From Podarcis vaucheri (Eukaryota): DNA of 64,000 bases. This document shows, one piece after another, positions 1-13,936 of the stretch. Every line of letters begins with the position of its first letter. Position 1 is the stretch's first letter. A program made the translations under genes and the position numbers. The notes under the pieces are model-generated. The model did no database searches and was not told the DNA's origin. It saw only the letters and a list, made by a program, of their open reading frames with translations. The stretch lies in assembly GCA_965113315.1 (NCBI GenBank), contig OZ220371.1. One strand, 5' to 3'.

Positions 1-137
1 TTTCATTCCTTAAAAAGGCCATCTAGTTCAACGTCAGTTCAGGATCTGCAGTGAGTATGCAAGTGTAACATCCAGCCTCTTTCCTTGTTAGAGCAAACAC
101 TTTTTGATTCACCTCTTCTGTTTCCAGAAGGCTAGTA

Positions 138-378
138 CGGTGGTACCTCGGTTTAAGAGCAGCCCTGTTTACAAACTATTTGGTTTACGAACTCCGCAAA
201 ACTGGAAGCAGTGTCCTGGTTTGCAAACTTTGCCTCGGTCTAAGTATGGAAGCTGAACGATGGAATGGCACCGGCAGCGGGAGGCCTCATCAGGGAAAGT
301 GTGCCTCAGTTTAAGAACGGTTTTGGTTTAAGAACGGACTTCCGGAGCAGATTAAGTTCGTAAACGGAGGTACCACTG
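138..378. mobile_element. Tc1/mariner (Tigger/pogo-like) MITE
   Basis: TIR CGGTGGTACCTC...GAGGTACCACTG, TA on both sides. Confidence 0.88.
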
Positions 379-527
379 TATAGGCATCCTGTCCTTTGTT
401 ACAACCATTGGCATGCAGCAGTGTGTTAGATAATTTGAGTGATGTGAAATTTGTCCCCTTCCTCTTTATATGGCAAGAATTCTTTATCTCAAAGGCCATT
501 CTATATTTAAGGAGGCTGTTTCTCCTT

Positions 528-735
528 ATAGAACATGAGAACCCAAGAAGAGCCCTGCTGGATCAGGCCCAAGGCCCTTCTAGCCCAGCATCCTGTTCTC
601 ATAGGGGCCAAACAGATGCCTATGGGAAACAGCACTCTGCCCACTTGTGATTCTCAGCAACTGGCACTCAGAGGCATGTTGTGTCCCATCAGGGAAGGTA
701 GAACATAGCAGTCATGGCTACTAGCCATTGAAGTC
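528..735 (-). mobile_element. CR1 LINE 3' end fragment (boundaries approximate)
   Basis: AGAACATGAGAACCCAAGAAGAGCCCTGCTGGATCAGGCC resembles a reptile CR1 3' terminus in reverse. Confidence 0.6.
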
Positions 736-803
736 AGAGTAGACTATTGTGGCTACCCTATAAAAAGTTTCTATAAAACTGCATCAATTATAATCCACTG
801 TTC

Positions 804-1232
804 GATGAAGGTGATAGACTACATGGGACTGGCTGAAATGACTGGCAGAATCCATGACCAGGGGAAAGAGACGGCGGATGAAGACTGGAAGAAATTTAAA
901 TCTTATCTTAAGAAACATTGTAAAATTAAGGAATGCTAAAATGTCAAGGTTTTGAAAATAAGGGGATTACAGCTGTAAAAGATTAAGTAAAAGAAAAGAA
1001 TAAGGCAAAATTTGATAAGACCAAGGACTAGGATTTGCTGAAACAAATTTGGAAACTGGACTGCAGAAAGGGGAGGTATGGGGAAGTCGGGGAAGTAAGG
1101 TTTAAGAAAAAAGTATTTGAAATTATACATGTTTGTTTGTATGTTTGTATGTTTGTTTGTATTGTATTGTGTAATGTTTGTGTTTATAAAAACTGTGAAA
1201 AACCAATAAAAATTTTATATTATATATATATA
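804..1232 (+). mobile_element. 5'-truncated L1-type LINE 3' end
   Basis: 15-bp TSD TATAATCCACTGTTC (789-803, 1233-1247); ORF2-like C-terminus MKVIDYMGLAEMTGRI...DWKKFKSYL; AATAAA and (TA)n tail. Confidence 0.82.
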
Positions 1233-4200
1233 TATAATCCACTGTTCTATGTAGTTTCTTGCTTTGAACCTCTGATCTGGCATCAGTAGACGGTCTTAGT
1301 GAGTCTCTTTGTGTATATATGTAACATCAGCGGGTAGCTGAATGATTCTAACATGTGCAGTTGTTCAAATGGTCTTAACTACTCTCAGTCTGAGTGAGGA
1401 AATGTGCGATATGGAGAACATTCAGAGTTCTGGAGCATGCAGTGAGTGGTGGTAAACAAAATGTATTAAATTCAACTAGAAACTTGCTAACTCCAGTGAG
1501 CAAAAATGTAAAATAAACTGTTAGAATAAAGGAAGTAGATATTTAGACACAATAGGGTATAAAGTTCAAGATTACATGGCAAATGGTTAAAATAAACACC
1601 AAGTAATAAATTAATAAAGAATACATGCACTATGCCTTCAACTCATATTAGTGTACAGTGATATATTTTCATTTTTAATTTCAAAGACAGGTTTTATTTT
1701 TAGATGGCCTCCTCTCTTAATTGGCACTGCCATTAAATCACAATAATATCTTGTTCATCAAGTTGTCTTAATTAGGAAGATTTTGCCGATTTAAATTGCG
1801 AGTAAACTTTTATTGTGTTGGAGTTGATTAGCTGATAACTCAATAATGTCTGTTATTTTTACCACAGATGATGTGGTTTTGTATATTGTTCATGAATATG
1901 CATCGTGGTAATTATGCTCATTACTGCAGTGAATGTTAGAAATCAGACTGACATCACTGAATATTAGCATTTATTTTTATCTCTCTGGGGCGTGATTCTG
2001 AAAACTCACCAGCTTTAATAGCACTATTCAGTACTAATATAGCTACAGATCATTCTTCAGTTATCTGGTGTCCTCCAGATGTTTTGTTCTGCAACTTCTA
2101 CCAGCTCCAGCCAGCATGACTATGGAGTCCAATCTGGAGGTCACCGGATTGGCCAAAGCTGTTATAGACTGCACAATAAGCTGCGCCACCATCCCATTCT
2201 CACAGAGATATATCAATGGCTAGATATTTCTAAATAACTCACTATTTATGTTATTACCAACATTGGCTTATTTTCTCATCTGAGTGAGAGGCCTTAGGAA
2301 TATATGAAACAAATGATCTGACTCAGACTAAGGCAGCTTCAGCATCTCTCTAGAGTTTCAGACAGAGGTCTTTCTACCTGGAGGTGCTAGGAATCAAACC
2401 TGGAACCTTCTGTAGGCAGAGGTTTTGCTCTCCCATTGAATTTGGCCCTTCCCCATGCCTGACTCTGAACTGACTTCATTCTTGGAGATAGGCCCAGGAA
2501 CTATTTAAAACCGTAGTTCTTTGGCTCATTTTGGAATCAATAGTTGTTTGAAGAGCCACAACTTCTTCATCCTCAGCAGACAACAACCATGATCCAATTG
2601 CCCATTCAGAGAATAGGAATAGAATGGGACTTCTCCAGAAAAGGGTGGAGAGACAGTGGGAGGAGGCTGTTAGACTCAGGTTGTCCTTTTAGCAGAGTAT
2701 TTTTAAATAAAGTTCTAGACCAACTATGCTTATAAGGGTTGTAAGCACAATTGCCATTACTAACCATAATAATACTCATTAGAATCATATTGAGCAGTGG
2801 CAGATGATAATTTGGCAAATGAAATACAACACAAAAGCACAGAACTTGCCATTTCTATGGTGTCCTTTGAAAACAATTCTGTACAAGACTAGTATGCAAA
2901 ACAATAGGTTAGGCATGGCAGTTGTGCTCTTATTTGCACTGAAGATTTTCTTTTGGTGATAGAAATGAGTTGTTTAGTATATGGCAGTGGTGGGCAACCT
3001 TTTAGACAAGGGGGAGAGGAGCAAAAGAAGTGACTTTTGATAGGACTGCCATACAGCTGAAATGTCCGGGGAGACCCAGGCATTTGGCAGCTCATATTGG
3101 GCCATATCTACAACTTTTGTGTCCGGATTTTCACTTTTTGAAATATGGCAGCTCTACTTTTGACCACCTTGTCTATGCTGTGTGAAGAGGGAGGGCCTTG
3201 TGTCAGGGTATGTGGAGCAACATATCAAAATGAAACAGGACAGACAAGAGGACAGTGTAGGTGATTGCATGCAGCCTCAGAGCACTGGTGGAGAAAGGGG
3301 GTGCGGGGTGCAGTCTGCCTTGGGTGTCATCCCTTGGGGGGTGGCATTGCCACACCACACATACCTCCCGGACACTCACCGCAGCCAGCACCCCCTCCCA
3401 GGATGCTCGCCGTGGGTGTCTAGCCCTGCCCTGGCGGGCGGCTAGCCCCACGAGCATCACTCTGGGTGCTGGAGCACCTTTCTCCGCCTTTGCCTCAGAG
3501 GGGTTAAATTTTGCTGTGAATGAGAGAGAGGGGAAATAAGTTGGCTAATTGGAGAGAATCAAAGAGCCTGGGGGCCCCTGAGTTGCTTGTTGCAAGAGTG
3601 AAGGAGGGTTGTTATATGTCCAGAATTTTCCAGACATACACGATTTCACAAAATATTTCACTTTTTGAAATATGACAACCAGAGAAGGAACCCTATAATG
3701 TGCATAGAGTAGATAATTCCCCCTAGTTTTCATTTATTGGGTTTTTACTCTTCCAGTATAGGATTAGTCAGGTTCTAGAAGGCTCTTCTGTGTCTCACTT
3801 TTCACCGCAGACAGTTGCTAGCTTTGGAAAACACTGCACATTGGTCTTTAATCCACATTCTGTAAGGCCGTTGCCAATAGAGGATTTAGCCTGACAGCTG
3901 TGTTTTCTTCCTGTTTTATTTTTCCGAAATACTTCCCCCGCCTCCATGCACTGTTGTTTGCAGCTTGCTTTTGATGTCCCTTTGTAACATTTCTAACTTG
4001 GCTTTCTTAGCAAATGAAGAACCATTCTCAAAATCACTAATTAGGTATTCAGTTGTTGGATCTCATTTCCTGGCTGCTTTCTCTTTGTCTCCATTTTGGG
4101 TACAACTTGCAGCTTTTTATCTTTGGCCTTTCCTAACAAAGATGTGATTATTGGTCAATATTCCTTAGCGTGTTGATCACTTGTTCTCTAAAAGAAGCAT

Positions 4201-4594
4201 TGTTGCATTGGGCTGAAATGTGTTCTCAAAACTTTATATATTAACTTCCTGTGATGTACTTAAGATGGATTCAAATTCAACCAGAAATTTGCATTTGAAT
4301 ATTGATAATAAGACTTCTTTACAGTATTCTCGATATTCAGAGAAGTGTGAGCTTTGAAGGGTGGGTGTATTTTGATTTGTGTATTGTTTCAGAAGGTGTG
4401 AATTGGATTGGTTCTCCTTTAAATAAGAATGGATTCCAGTTTTGTCTGCCTCCCTGTCTCCTGTTTTAGTAGCAAATGGCATCCAGACTGTTATTTGAAA
4501 CCAACACTTTTGTTTCTTTGTGAAGGTATGCACTCACTGTTATTTATACTAGCAGTGAGATCTATTAGCTGAACTAGTTTCAAGAGAACCTATA

Positions 4595-4851
4595 CAGTGG
4601 TACCTTGGTTAGTTTATGAACAACTTAGTTTATGAACAACTTGGATTAAGAACCCTGCAAACCCGAAAGTAGGTGTTTAGGTTTGTGAACTTTGCCTTGG
4701 TAGCAGAACATGTTTCCGCTTCCTGTTGAGTGTGTTCCAGTTGTAAATTGAGTCCCCCACTGCTATGGAAAAGCACGATTTGGTTTAAGAACGCTTTGGT
4801 TTAAGAACAGACTTCCGGAATGGATTAAGTTCGTAAACCATGGTACCACTG
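4595..4851. mobile_element. Tc1/mariner MITE, related to 138-378
   Basis: TIR CAGTGGTACC...GGTACCACTG, TA TSD. Confidence 0.88.
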
Positions 4852-7800
4852 TACAACAGTTTGTTCCCTTCGGTTTTTATATAATATTAGTAAGAACACA
4901 TCAACAATAGGTCATTGCCTCACAGTGATCTCTCAGTTGTTTATTCTATGAGTGAATATGAGGAGTCACACATGATAATGAAATTTGTGCATTTACAAAA
5001 GGTTTGTACCAAACGTGAGAGAGACCAATAACTGATACGATAAAGGGATATTTCTCTGACTATTCATCTCACTAGTAACAATAAAATAGATAGCTGTATT
5101 GTAAGTGACAGCCTCAATTGATACACAACTCTGATGGCTAGCTGTAGGGTATAGTGATTTATGTTGCTGACAATTACTTAGGCAAAACACTCACACAAAT
5201 CAAGAAATGCTGAGAGAAATTGGTAAGTATTAATAATATGCTTCATAATGTGCTAAATAGAGCTTGTGGTGCCAATCAATGGAATGTCATCAAGTAACGA
5301 AGCAAATAGAGGGGAAGAAAGAGGAAAGCAAAGAGCTGTAATTTGTTGCTAAGCAACACTTGGCCAATTTTTCTCTTGTTTCTTGTGGATTATCTAGAAC
5401 CAATTAAGGAGACCACCAGCTCAGGGCTGGCCCTGCCATTAGGCAAACTGAGAGAGGGTTGCCGCAGACAGCTGATATGGGGTATCGTGAAAGGGTAGCA
5501 AATGATTAGTTATGCAATTATTTTTATTGTTGCTGTTTTTTTGTTTCTTTTACTGCTAGGAGAGGCAGAATTGTTTTGGGGGTTATTATTATATTTTTGC
5601 TTCAAATTCCAAAATAACTTAACCAGCCTTGGGTGTTATGTACCTTGACCTGGAAGCAGGAACACCATGCTGTTCCGCCCCAGGTAGCAAAAAAATGTCT
5701 TGGCAAGGCCCTGCCTGAGGCTCTGGTTGTCACAGTTTCACTGGGAAAACCATGATTTTCAAAGCCCTGCTACAGGGAAAACTCAACACTTGATCAGTCC
5801 CAGTTTTAAAGCAGCAGCACAGCATGTGCCTAGGCTGGCAGAAGTTGAAGGCTCAAGATATACTTTGCTTAGAAAAGTCACATATAAAACCTCTACAATC
5901 TTCATATATAGAAACTACGGTAATCCTTGTGATGGTTGTCTGGTTCTTTTGTGAGGAAAATGTCATTTCTCTCCATCCAGAACATGCTGCTTTCAATCTA
6001 GATTGATTCTAGATTGTGCTATCCACATGGGTGCATGCTAAGAGTTTACTTCTAAACCACTGGTTCATGCCCAGGTGAGGGAGCAAACCTTTAAATAAAA
6101 ATACAACTAAGAGAAAATCAAAGCAAAGTACCCAGCAGAGACCCGGCTTATTTAGAAAATCTATTGCACAACAGAACAGTCTTGCTAACCAGTTGTTAGG
6201 TGAACCACTGCCCTCTCAAAAAAATGATTAATGGGAACCGTAGCTTGTTAAGGATGCTAGGAATTGTATCTCAGTGAGGGAGTAAACCAGTTTGGTGGGA
6301 AAATGTATGGGGTGTGCGCCATTTAAGTGCATAGGACATGCTTTCAGTTAGGTTCTCAGTGTTGGTTCTTCACATGCCATTGCAGTTTGGTGTGGCCAAC
6401 CAACAGAGCAAAACAGAGACATGGGGTCCCTGCATTCTCTAGGGGGCTCCACTGAGTTTGATTAGACAAACAGTGTCTCCACCTGAGAGATGAAAAGTCA
6501 TCAGGGCATGTGGTGGCAGCAAGATTTTAAACCAGAAGTATTTTTTAACCATTGTGTCCACTTTTTTCCATTTAGTAAATAAAACTATGGACTGTTTAAC
6601 ACCTTGAAAACAAGCTGCATTTGCAGAGTCATTGAAGAGAATGACCCCAAAAGATGGGATGGTTCATCCGGGCTTTAACAATCAGCATTGTTTTAGGCTT
6701 TTATTGTCTGAGATGGTAATAAAAATGAAACAATCAGCGCTCTATTTACACCCAGGAGATTATTCTTCTTGCTCCATGACCTGAGGTGCCATGGAGAAGG
6801 ACCTTCTTCTGCTGAGTCCTATAATGCTGATATTAAAAGTTTAATGAAACAGAGCATTGGAACACAAAGTGCAGTGCTTAGACTGCTCCTCTTGTGTTTT
6901 TATGTCCTTTGCATTAGTGTGAACCAGTATTTCTCCATAAATACATAGAAATAATAGTTGTAGTTGCTGAAAGGTTTTATAGCACAACATCAGCTAGTCC
7001 ACAAGAGGCAATGCAAAGCTAAAAAGCGAACATGTAAATAATACCTAACAGAGTCATGTGGGATCAAAGAAAGTAGGAAGAAAGTGTTTGCTATGGATCA
7101 GCCATGTGTTCTCTAGGTAACATTTTTGGTTCAAATGCAGCAATTTCAAGAAGGGAAGTCAGAAAGTCTTGTAAAATCCTAAATTCAACTTTTTGTGAAT
7201 GTTTGTTCACAGTCATTTCCTTCCTTTTGCTTGAGTGACCACTTAAAAACCTCTGTCCCATTCTTTCTTAAGTGATTCTAGCCAATTAAGGATCACATGC
7301 TGGATGTAATGATGGTACGGAAACTCTGGAGTCAATCAGATTTGACACTTTCCTGAGCATCACTAAGGGTGAATGGCTAATTTGGACTCAGGTGGTCTTT
7401 ATAGGAAAGATGACTAAATAGCAGGGGGGAGGGGGGATGCACCTTGGGATCAGACTACATGCTACCTTACACAGAAGTCAGTTTCTCTCTCCCCCCCCTC
7501 CCGTTCTGTGGCAGGTCAGGGAGGAAGGCAGCAGTCACCCATCAAACCATTTCACAAGCCACTTCTAAAGATAGTTTAAAATGAATAGCACACATTTAAA
7601 TTAGAAGTGTGCTACAATAATAAGCAGCAATGTGGGCAAAATATGTCAAATGTTTTTCCAGGTAGATGATCATCATCAAACAAACTTCACTATCAAGGGC
7701 AAATTAGATTATGTAGGGTAAGTAGAGTAAGGAATGTTAACTGAAATTTCAGTTTTTCTGATGTCTTTGATGAAGTTGCAAGCTTCACAAATGCATGCCT

Positions 7801-8140
7801 TTCAGTTTCATGTCTGCTTAGACAACAGTTCTCTTTGGTTACCTGGAGCTGAACTTCTTGATCTTTCCTAAGCATCATTGCCACCCTTATTGATGTCATG
7901 CACATATTATACAGATGCCATATACGTGTGGCATTAATCAGGATGACGCTGAAGAAAACATGGAAGTATTTGGGGATATAAAGAGGAAACGTCTTACAGG
8001 GATTTGTTTGAATAGCTTCAGTTTCTTGGCAAAATTGCTGATCAGTCTCAGCCAATGCCTTCTCACCTGCCCTTACATTCTGAATTTGGTTGATCTGGTA
8101 TATCTGGCTTGCTGTTCATCTGATTTTGTAATGTTAATAA

Positions 8141-8545
<405 letters not shown>

Positions 8546-8618
8546 TAGTTTTGAACCACAAACCTAACTGAAATGATGTAGGAGCCCGAGAGTGCCAAGT
8601 ATAACAGAACAGAACAGT

Positions 8619-8800
8619 AGTAGATAGGTAGCCGTGTTGGTCTGCCATAGTCAAAATAAAAAAAATCCTTCCAGTAGCACCTTAAAGACCAACTAAGTTA
8701 GTTCTTGGTATGAGCTTTCGTGTGCATGCACACTTCTTCAGATACCATAGTTCTTGGTATGAGCTTTCATGTGCATGCACACTTCTTCAGATACACTCTT
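8619..8800 (-). mobile_element. Penelope-like element terminal-repeat fragment
   Basis: 14-bp TSD CAGAACAGAACAGT (8605-8618, 8801-8814); GGTAGCCGTGTTGGTCTG...AGCACCTTAAAGACCAAC motif; contains hammerhead cores. Confidence 0.82.
8706..8794 (-). ncRNA. Tandem pair of minimal type I hammerhead ribozyme motifs (8706-8747, 8757-8794)
   Basis: Minus strand GUAU-CUGAAGA-A-GUGUGCAUGCACAY-GAAA-GCUC-AUAC, twice with a 49-bp period. Confidence 0.8.
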
Positions 8801-10197
8801 CAGAACAGAACAGTTTTGTAAGTTCTGGCCTTGGGTGCTTAAGGAGAAAAGGTGACTGCTGTAATATGGTAAGTAGCAGACTGAACTGCCTTCTGGATCT
8901 AAAACATTGCTTATGCGTCTTTTTTCTTTCTTCCTGGAAAAATAAATAAATCAATGGGTGCATCTCTACAAGTCATTTCAAAAGGACTCCTGCAGAGGAA
9001 AATATTATGTTAGAACCGGTCCTTTGAGAGTAATAGACGACTTTCACTTAAAAGTAATGGTTTTCACAGTATGAATTTCCCTAGGGAAACTGGGTCAGTT
9101 GTCATGTAGGCTCCCGGTGCATATCATCCGCCGATCTATACCAAGATGGAAAATATTACTAGCTGGAACCTTATTGAATTTTATTTGTAGTTATCCCTGT
9201 GGAAAGCTGTGACAGTGTTTTCTTAAATGAAGAAAGTTCACTGCAACTCCCTCGCTCTAAGAGCATTTTTAATGGCAGAAAAATGTTATTAAACGATGCC
9301 TGGGGGCGGGTCTGAGGGGGAACCTAGGCAAAAGGGGGGGAGTGTGCAATATTCTGCTGTTAAAGTTTCTCATTCCCCTTTCCTGCTGTGTTGCAGTTAG
9401 AGGTGTCAGGTCGGGACACTTGCAAAGTCAGATACCCCTGTTCAATGTTTGTAGGCAGTATCAAGGTGAAAAGCCTTGCCCAGCTCAAGTGGACCTCTTA
9501 CTGCAGTTCTCCTTGTGTAGGTACCTTTCACAGGTTATGACTTATCCATCCAACCATTCCCTCGCCTGTTGCCCCAAGCCACCCACTGCACTTGCACCTC
9601 TAGAACATGGCACTAGACTGGGGGTAGAGACCATGTTTATACCTATTATGTGCTTTACACAGGAAAAGACCAAGTTGTGCCTTGTGAGGAAGGCAGGCAT
9701 TGTTTGCCAAGGAATGGCAGTGTCACATATAGAGCCAGTTTGGATATGTATTTTCATCTTGCTATCCTGTGGCTTAAGATTAAGAATCTGCATTTCAATT
9801 TACCTGGGGATTGCAGATTTATTCATCTTAGGGTTTAATACTACTAGTGTTTTATTAGTATTAGGGTTTTAGGGGAAAGCTAACTAGCCTGGTGTACCAG
9901 GGAAGGCTGGAAGCATTGGGGGCTGAAGAGGATGTGTGGATCTGATGATCATTCCTGACTTGCTGAAGCTAAGGTCCATTCAGTTCAGATTCTGAAAAGA
10001 TTACTCATGTATAAAAGCATTTCTGATTTCCTTCAAGTAGCAGCCCCCTCTGTTTGTCCTGATCCCTTGTGTAAGGTGCTGGGTAAGGCGCTGTCCCTGA
10101 AAGGCAGCGTTGTCCTCCATTATGCATACATAGAAGTACTCTCTACTTGAGCATGAGAAGTGAGACCAGGGAGGCGGGGAATAATGATGGCTGATTA

Positions 10198-10330
10198 GGA
10201 CAGTGTTCTCAAAGCTACTAACATGAGTTTGACCAAACCACGGGAGGCTGTGGAAGACAGGAGTGCCTGGTGTGCTCTGGTCCATGGGTCACGAAGAGTC
10301 GGACACGACTAAATGACTAAACAACAACAA
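10198..10330 (+). mobile_element. BovB (RTE) LINE 3' end fragment
   Basis: GGTCACGAAGAGTCGGACACGACTAAATGACTAAA(CAA)n terminus. Confidence 0.9.
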
Positions 10331-11035
10331 TGTAATGGGAATGGGATGTATTGCAACTGGTGTGGTGTCCTAAAATGTAGCCAGTCTTAAACAGCACTAA
10401 GTAGGTGAGTGAGTTATTTATTTCTTTTATACTATTCAGATCTATTTTTAAAGATTTGAATCAAAGTTAATCAACTAGCAAATTTAAATTTGCATATATT
10501 TAGAGAAAATACCATGAGCATTAACAGTTCACCCTCTTGGGGAAACTTTTGACTTTCTCATACAAAAGTGTTCAGGGTCTTTTGGTGTTTACGAGAGCCT
10601 TCTAACCATAGATTGCACAGGCCACTAATGATTCTGCAGAAATAAAGCCATTCCCCTTACAAGACCATTTAAGAGGAATTGTTTTTGACAATATTGTGAC
10701 ATTAAACCACTGCAGAAGCAGCAGCGAGTTATGGCTTGGATTTGTTCTGTTGCCCACATATTATTTTTCTGTTGTGGAAACTGAGGCATAGGGAAGTGAA
10801 AGTTCTTATCCTGCAAAGTTCTTATCTTGATAGGCTTGCTTGCAACACTGCAAAGTGACATTTAACTAGTCTCTATTGTCTGCCTTCTTCCTGTAAATAT
10901 CCCTGAAAGCCATTTTACAAGCATCGTCTTTATTTAGGGCTGAATGAAACATTATGCACAAGTGCAAGCTGGGTCTAATTCAAATTGTCTTTTCCCACAC
11001 TAAAAATCTTGCAAAAAAAAATGCTGTGTGAAGAA

Positions 11036-11038
<3 letters not shown>

Positions 11039-11100
<62 letters not shown>
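11039..11100. repeat. Compound microsatellite (TC)n(TG)n
   Basis: Direct reading. Confidence 0.97.
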
Positions 11101-11104
<4 letters not shown>

Positions 11105-12811
11105 GGGGGGAGGGAGATAGAAATCTTTCTTTGCAAGATTTTTAGTCTGCTCCCTCCCTCCCCAACACAGCTGCTTGCCCCTATTACAGACACACATCTG
11201 GAAGGCTATAGTTGAGGGAAACTGCTTAGAGGAGTTTGAGAATGGAAAAGTGTCAAGAGGGGCATACATGTACACTTTTCAGCTTCATGTCACCTCCTTC
11301 GAAGTTGGTGTTCTGGTTTGGGGTTGTTGTTTTTTTGGTTTCTTAAAGGAGCCCATGGGTTGAATTGCATCAGTTTGCTTGTAATGTCTAGTTCCGCTCA
11401 TATAGCCCCTTTTTGCATTCACACACACACAAGCAGCTGCCTTGTGGGAGGGAGGAAGTTTATGCCCCTGTTTATTTTGCAAGCTCACCTTTGGGAACTA
11501 CAATTCCCAAAATGCTTCATTGCCTCATTAAAGAGCTTTGCCAAGCCGTAAGACACTTTTAAAGGGCCCTTGACACACATTTTGGCCTGCTGTCACACTA
11601 AAAAGGCTTGTACAAGTGCCAGAAACTTATGTCTCTTGTTTTCAGCCTCCTAGAAGAAAATAAATCTTATTAACTGGGACAAACCAGAAATGCTGGATTT
11701 ACCTGTTAAAGGTGTTAGAACTGAAGAGACACAAATATTTTAAGAATCAGACAGCTGAAAATTTTTAATTGGCAATAATTACTTTTAAGGGACCTATCTA
11801 ATAGGAGACAAAGGAAAAGGAGCAAATGGAAGATAAACTTCTGCAGAATAAACAGAGAAGGTGCAACAGGGTGCAAGCAGAGATAATTTTTGAAATTTTG
11901 GGGATGAACCAAGGGTTCTTGGCAAATGAATTTCATTGATTCAGATGCTTGGTAAAGCCTGGCTTTGTAAAAACAAAGACTTTGTCTAAATATGATTATT
12001 TTTGTACTGCTGGAATTTGTTAACCAGGTTGGCATTGTTAACTCATTAATGTAACTGTAAATATGTTGTCTTTTTTAAGGGATTGTACTTGTTTTACTTT
12101 GTTTTTATTACTCTTTTTTAAATACCTTGAGTCTCTGGAAAAATAAGTGGGATATAATTTTTGTTAAAGGTTTATTTTAGTCAGATTCCAGATGTATTCC
12201 TTACTCAAAATAGTGTTTTTAGGAGAGAAGCTATTTGGCATGTAAGAAAGCACCTTGAACACATCCCTATAATGTTTCAGTGTACTTACTTAAACCTTTA
12301 TTTGTGGTCCATGTTTGGATGTTTACAGACATTTCAAAACCTTGAGACCTGGAAACTTTTCAAAATGTAAAAGCTCAGACTTTGGTCCCATTTTTGCAAA
12401 TTTTGCCCATTTTTAGGTCCATAACTACCTGTTAAGCTGTCAGTCATGTTTCTGTACTAAACATTAACTTTTCTATAGATTCCTTCCTGTCCATTTTCTC
12501 TTATCTTTAGCAGCTGGGGATAGTAGTCAGGACCTCTGATGGAAAAGTAGGATTTTAGAGATTCCACGATACAATTGAGTCTTCTGGTTATTTATTTATT
12601 TATGGAAATAAAACATCACTCTGACATTTCACATCATTTCCTCAACCCCTTTGACAGATTACTGTCCTCACCAGGCAGTCTCATTATGGGCACTTGAAGT
12701 TCAGGAGTGTTTTCCCTTGTTCCAAATTAGGAGCTCAACATTTAACATATTAGAAAGGAGGCTCGTTATATTAGATTCCCTGTTCCCCTCAATCCACCGC
12801 TTTGGATAATA

Positions 12812-13149
12812 CAGTGGTGCCCCGCAAGACGAATGCCTCGCAAGACGGAAAACTCGCTAGACGAAAGAGTTTTCCGTTTTGGAGGTGCTTCGCAAAACGA
12901 ATTTCCTATGAGCTTGCTTCACAAGACGACAATGTCTTGCGAGTTCCTGCTGGTTCCCCCCCCTTTTTTTCTAAGCCGCTAAGCCGCTTATCAGCTGATC
13001 CGATCAGCAGATAAGCCACTAAAAGCCGCTAATAGCCGCTAATAGCGCTAATCCGCTAATCCGCCAATGGGCTTGCTTCGCAAGACGAAAAAACCGCTAG
13101 ACGAAGAGAATCACAGAACGGATTCTTTTCGTCTTGCGAGGCACCACTG
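12812..13149. mobile_element. Tc1/mariner MITE, second family
   Basis: TIR CAGTGGTGCCCCGCAAGACGAA/TTCGTCTTGCGAGGCACCACTG, TA TSD; internal GCAAGACG and GCCGCTAA repeats. Confidence 0.9.
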
Positions 13150-13564
13150 TATAGTGTCAACATGGACATGTGCAGTAGTAGCAGGAACCATATACCGTAC
13201 AAGGAATTTTTAAAAACCTTAGGAGGTCCTCTCCACACTCCAGAAGTAATTAACTTGTTCGATTACATTGGGCCTTTTGACATTTTCTATAGTGTTTAAC
13301 AAGCGGAACAATTTGCTAGCTTCTTCAAAGGTAACTTTGCAATACTTCTGCTCTCTAAAACTGTAGCTGCACTGCAGGATAGGCTGGGTTTTTGTTTTTT
13401 CAGCATTTTGATCCATGGCCTTTTCTTTTTCTATGTATTGTAGGTAATCAGGGATTGTGTAACATAGAACACACAAGAAAAAGTTTAAAAGGAGCAAGGG
13501 GGAGATTAGGGTGGGGCTGAGCAGCCACTCAACTCTGCCTGCACATAGAAACTGATGGCAAAAG

Positions 13565-13936
13565 CATACCCTCCAACATTTCTCTGATAAAAATAGGGAT
13601 GTCCCATTCCATAATGATAATTTATACCCCACACATCTTACTGGGTTTCCCCAGCCTCTCTGGGCAGCTTCCAACATATGTTAAAAAGACAATAAAATAG
13701 TAAACATTTAAAATATTTAAAAAAGCTTCCATCTGCAGGATTGCCTTCAGACAGCTTGGGGGGGGTCAGATAACCCCAGTGAAAATAGGGGCATCCTACC
13801 ACACCGTCCAACATTTTTCCAATGAAAATAGGAATGTCCTAAGGAAAAGCAGGACCTTTCAGAATCAAATCAGAAACTGGGACGGCTTCTCTAAATCAGG
13901 GATGTCCCTGGAAAATAGGGACGCTTGGAGGGTCTG
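13565..13936. mobile_element. Non-autonomous DNA transposon with 6-bp TSD and nested L2-like tail fragment (about 13620-13770)
   Basis: TIR CATACCCTCCAA/TTGGAGGGTCTG; CAAAAG at 13559-13564 and 13937-13942. Confidence 0.65.

Noticed and set aside
8699-8796. Direct repeats as a CRISPR-like array
   Set aside because: Two adjacent copies without spacers in vertebrate DNA; explained by the Penelope hammerhead duplication.
9342-9872. 176-aa intronic ORF
   Set aside because: No recognisable motif, non-ATG start and no exon structure; treated as chance, like most short ORFs in the track.
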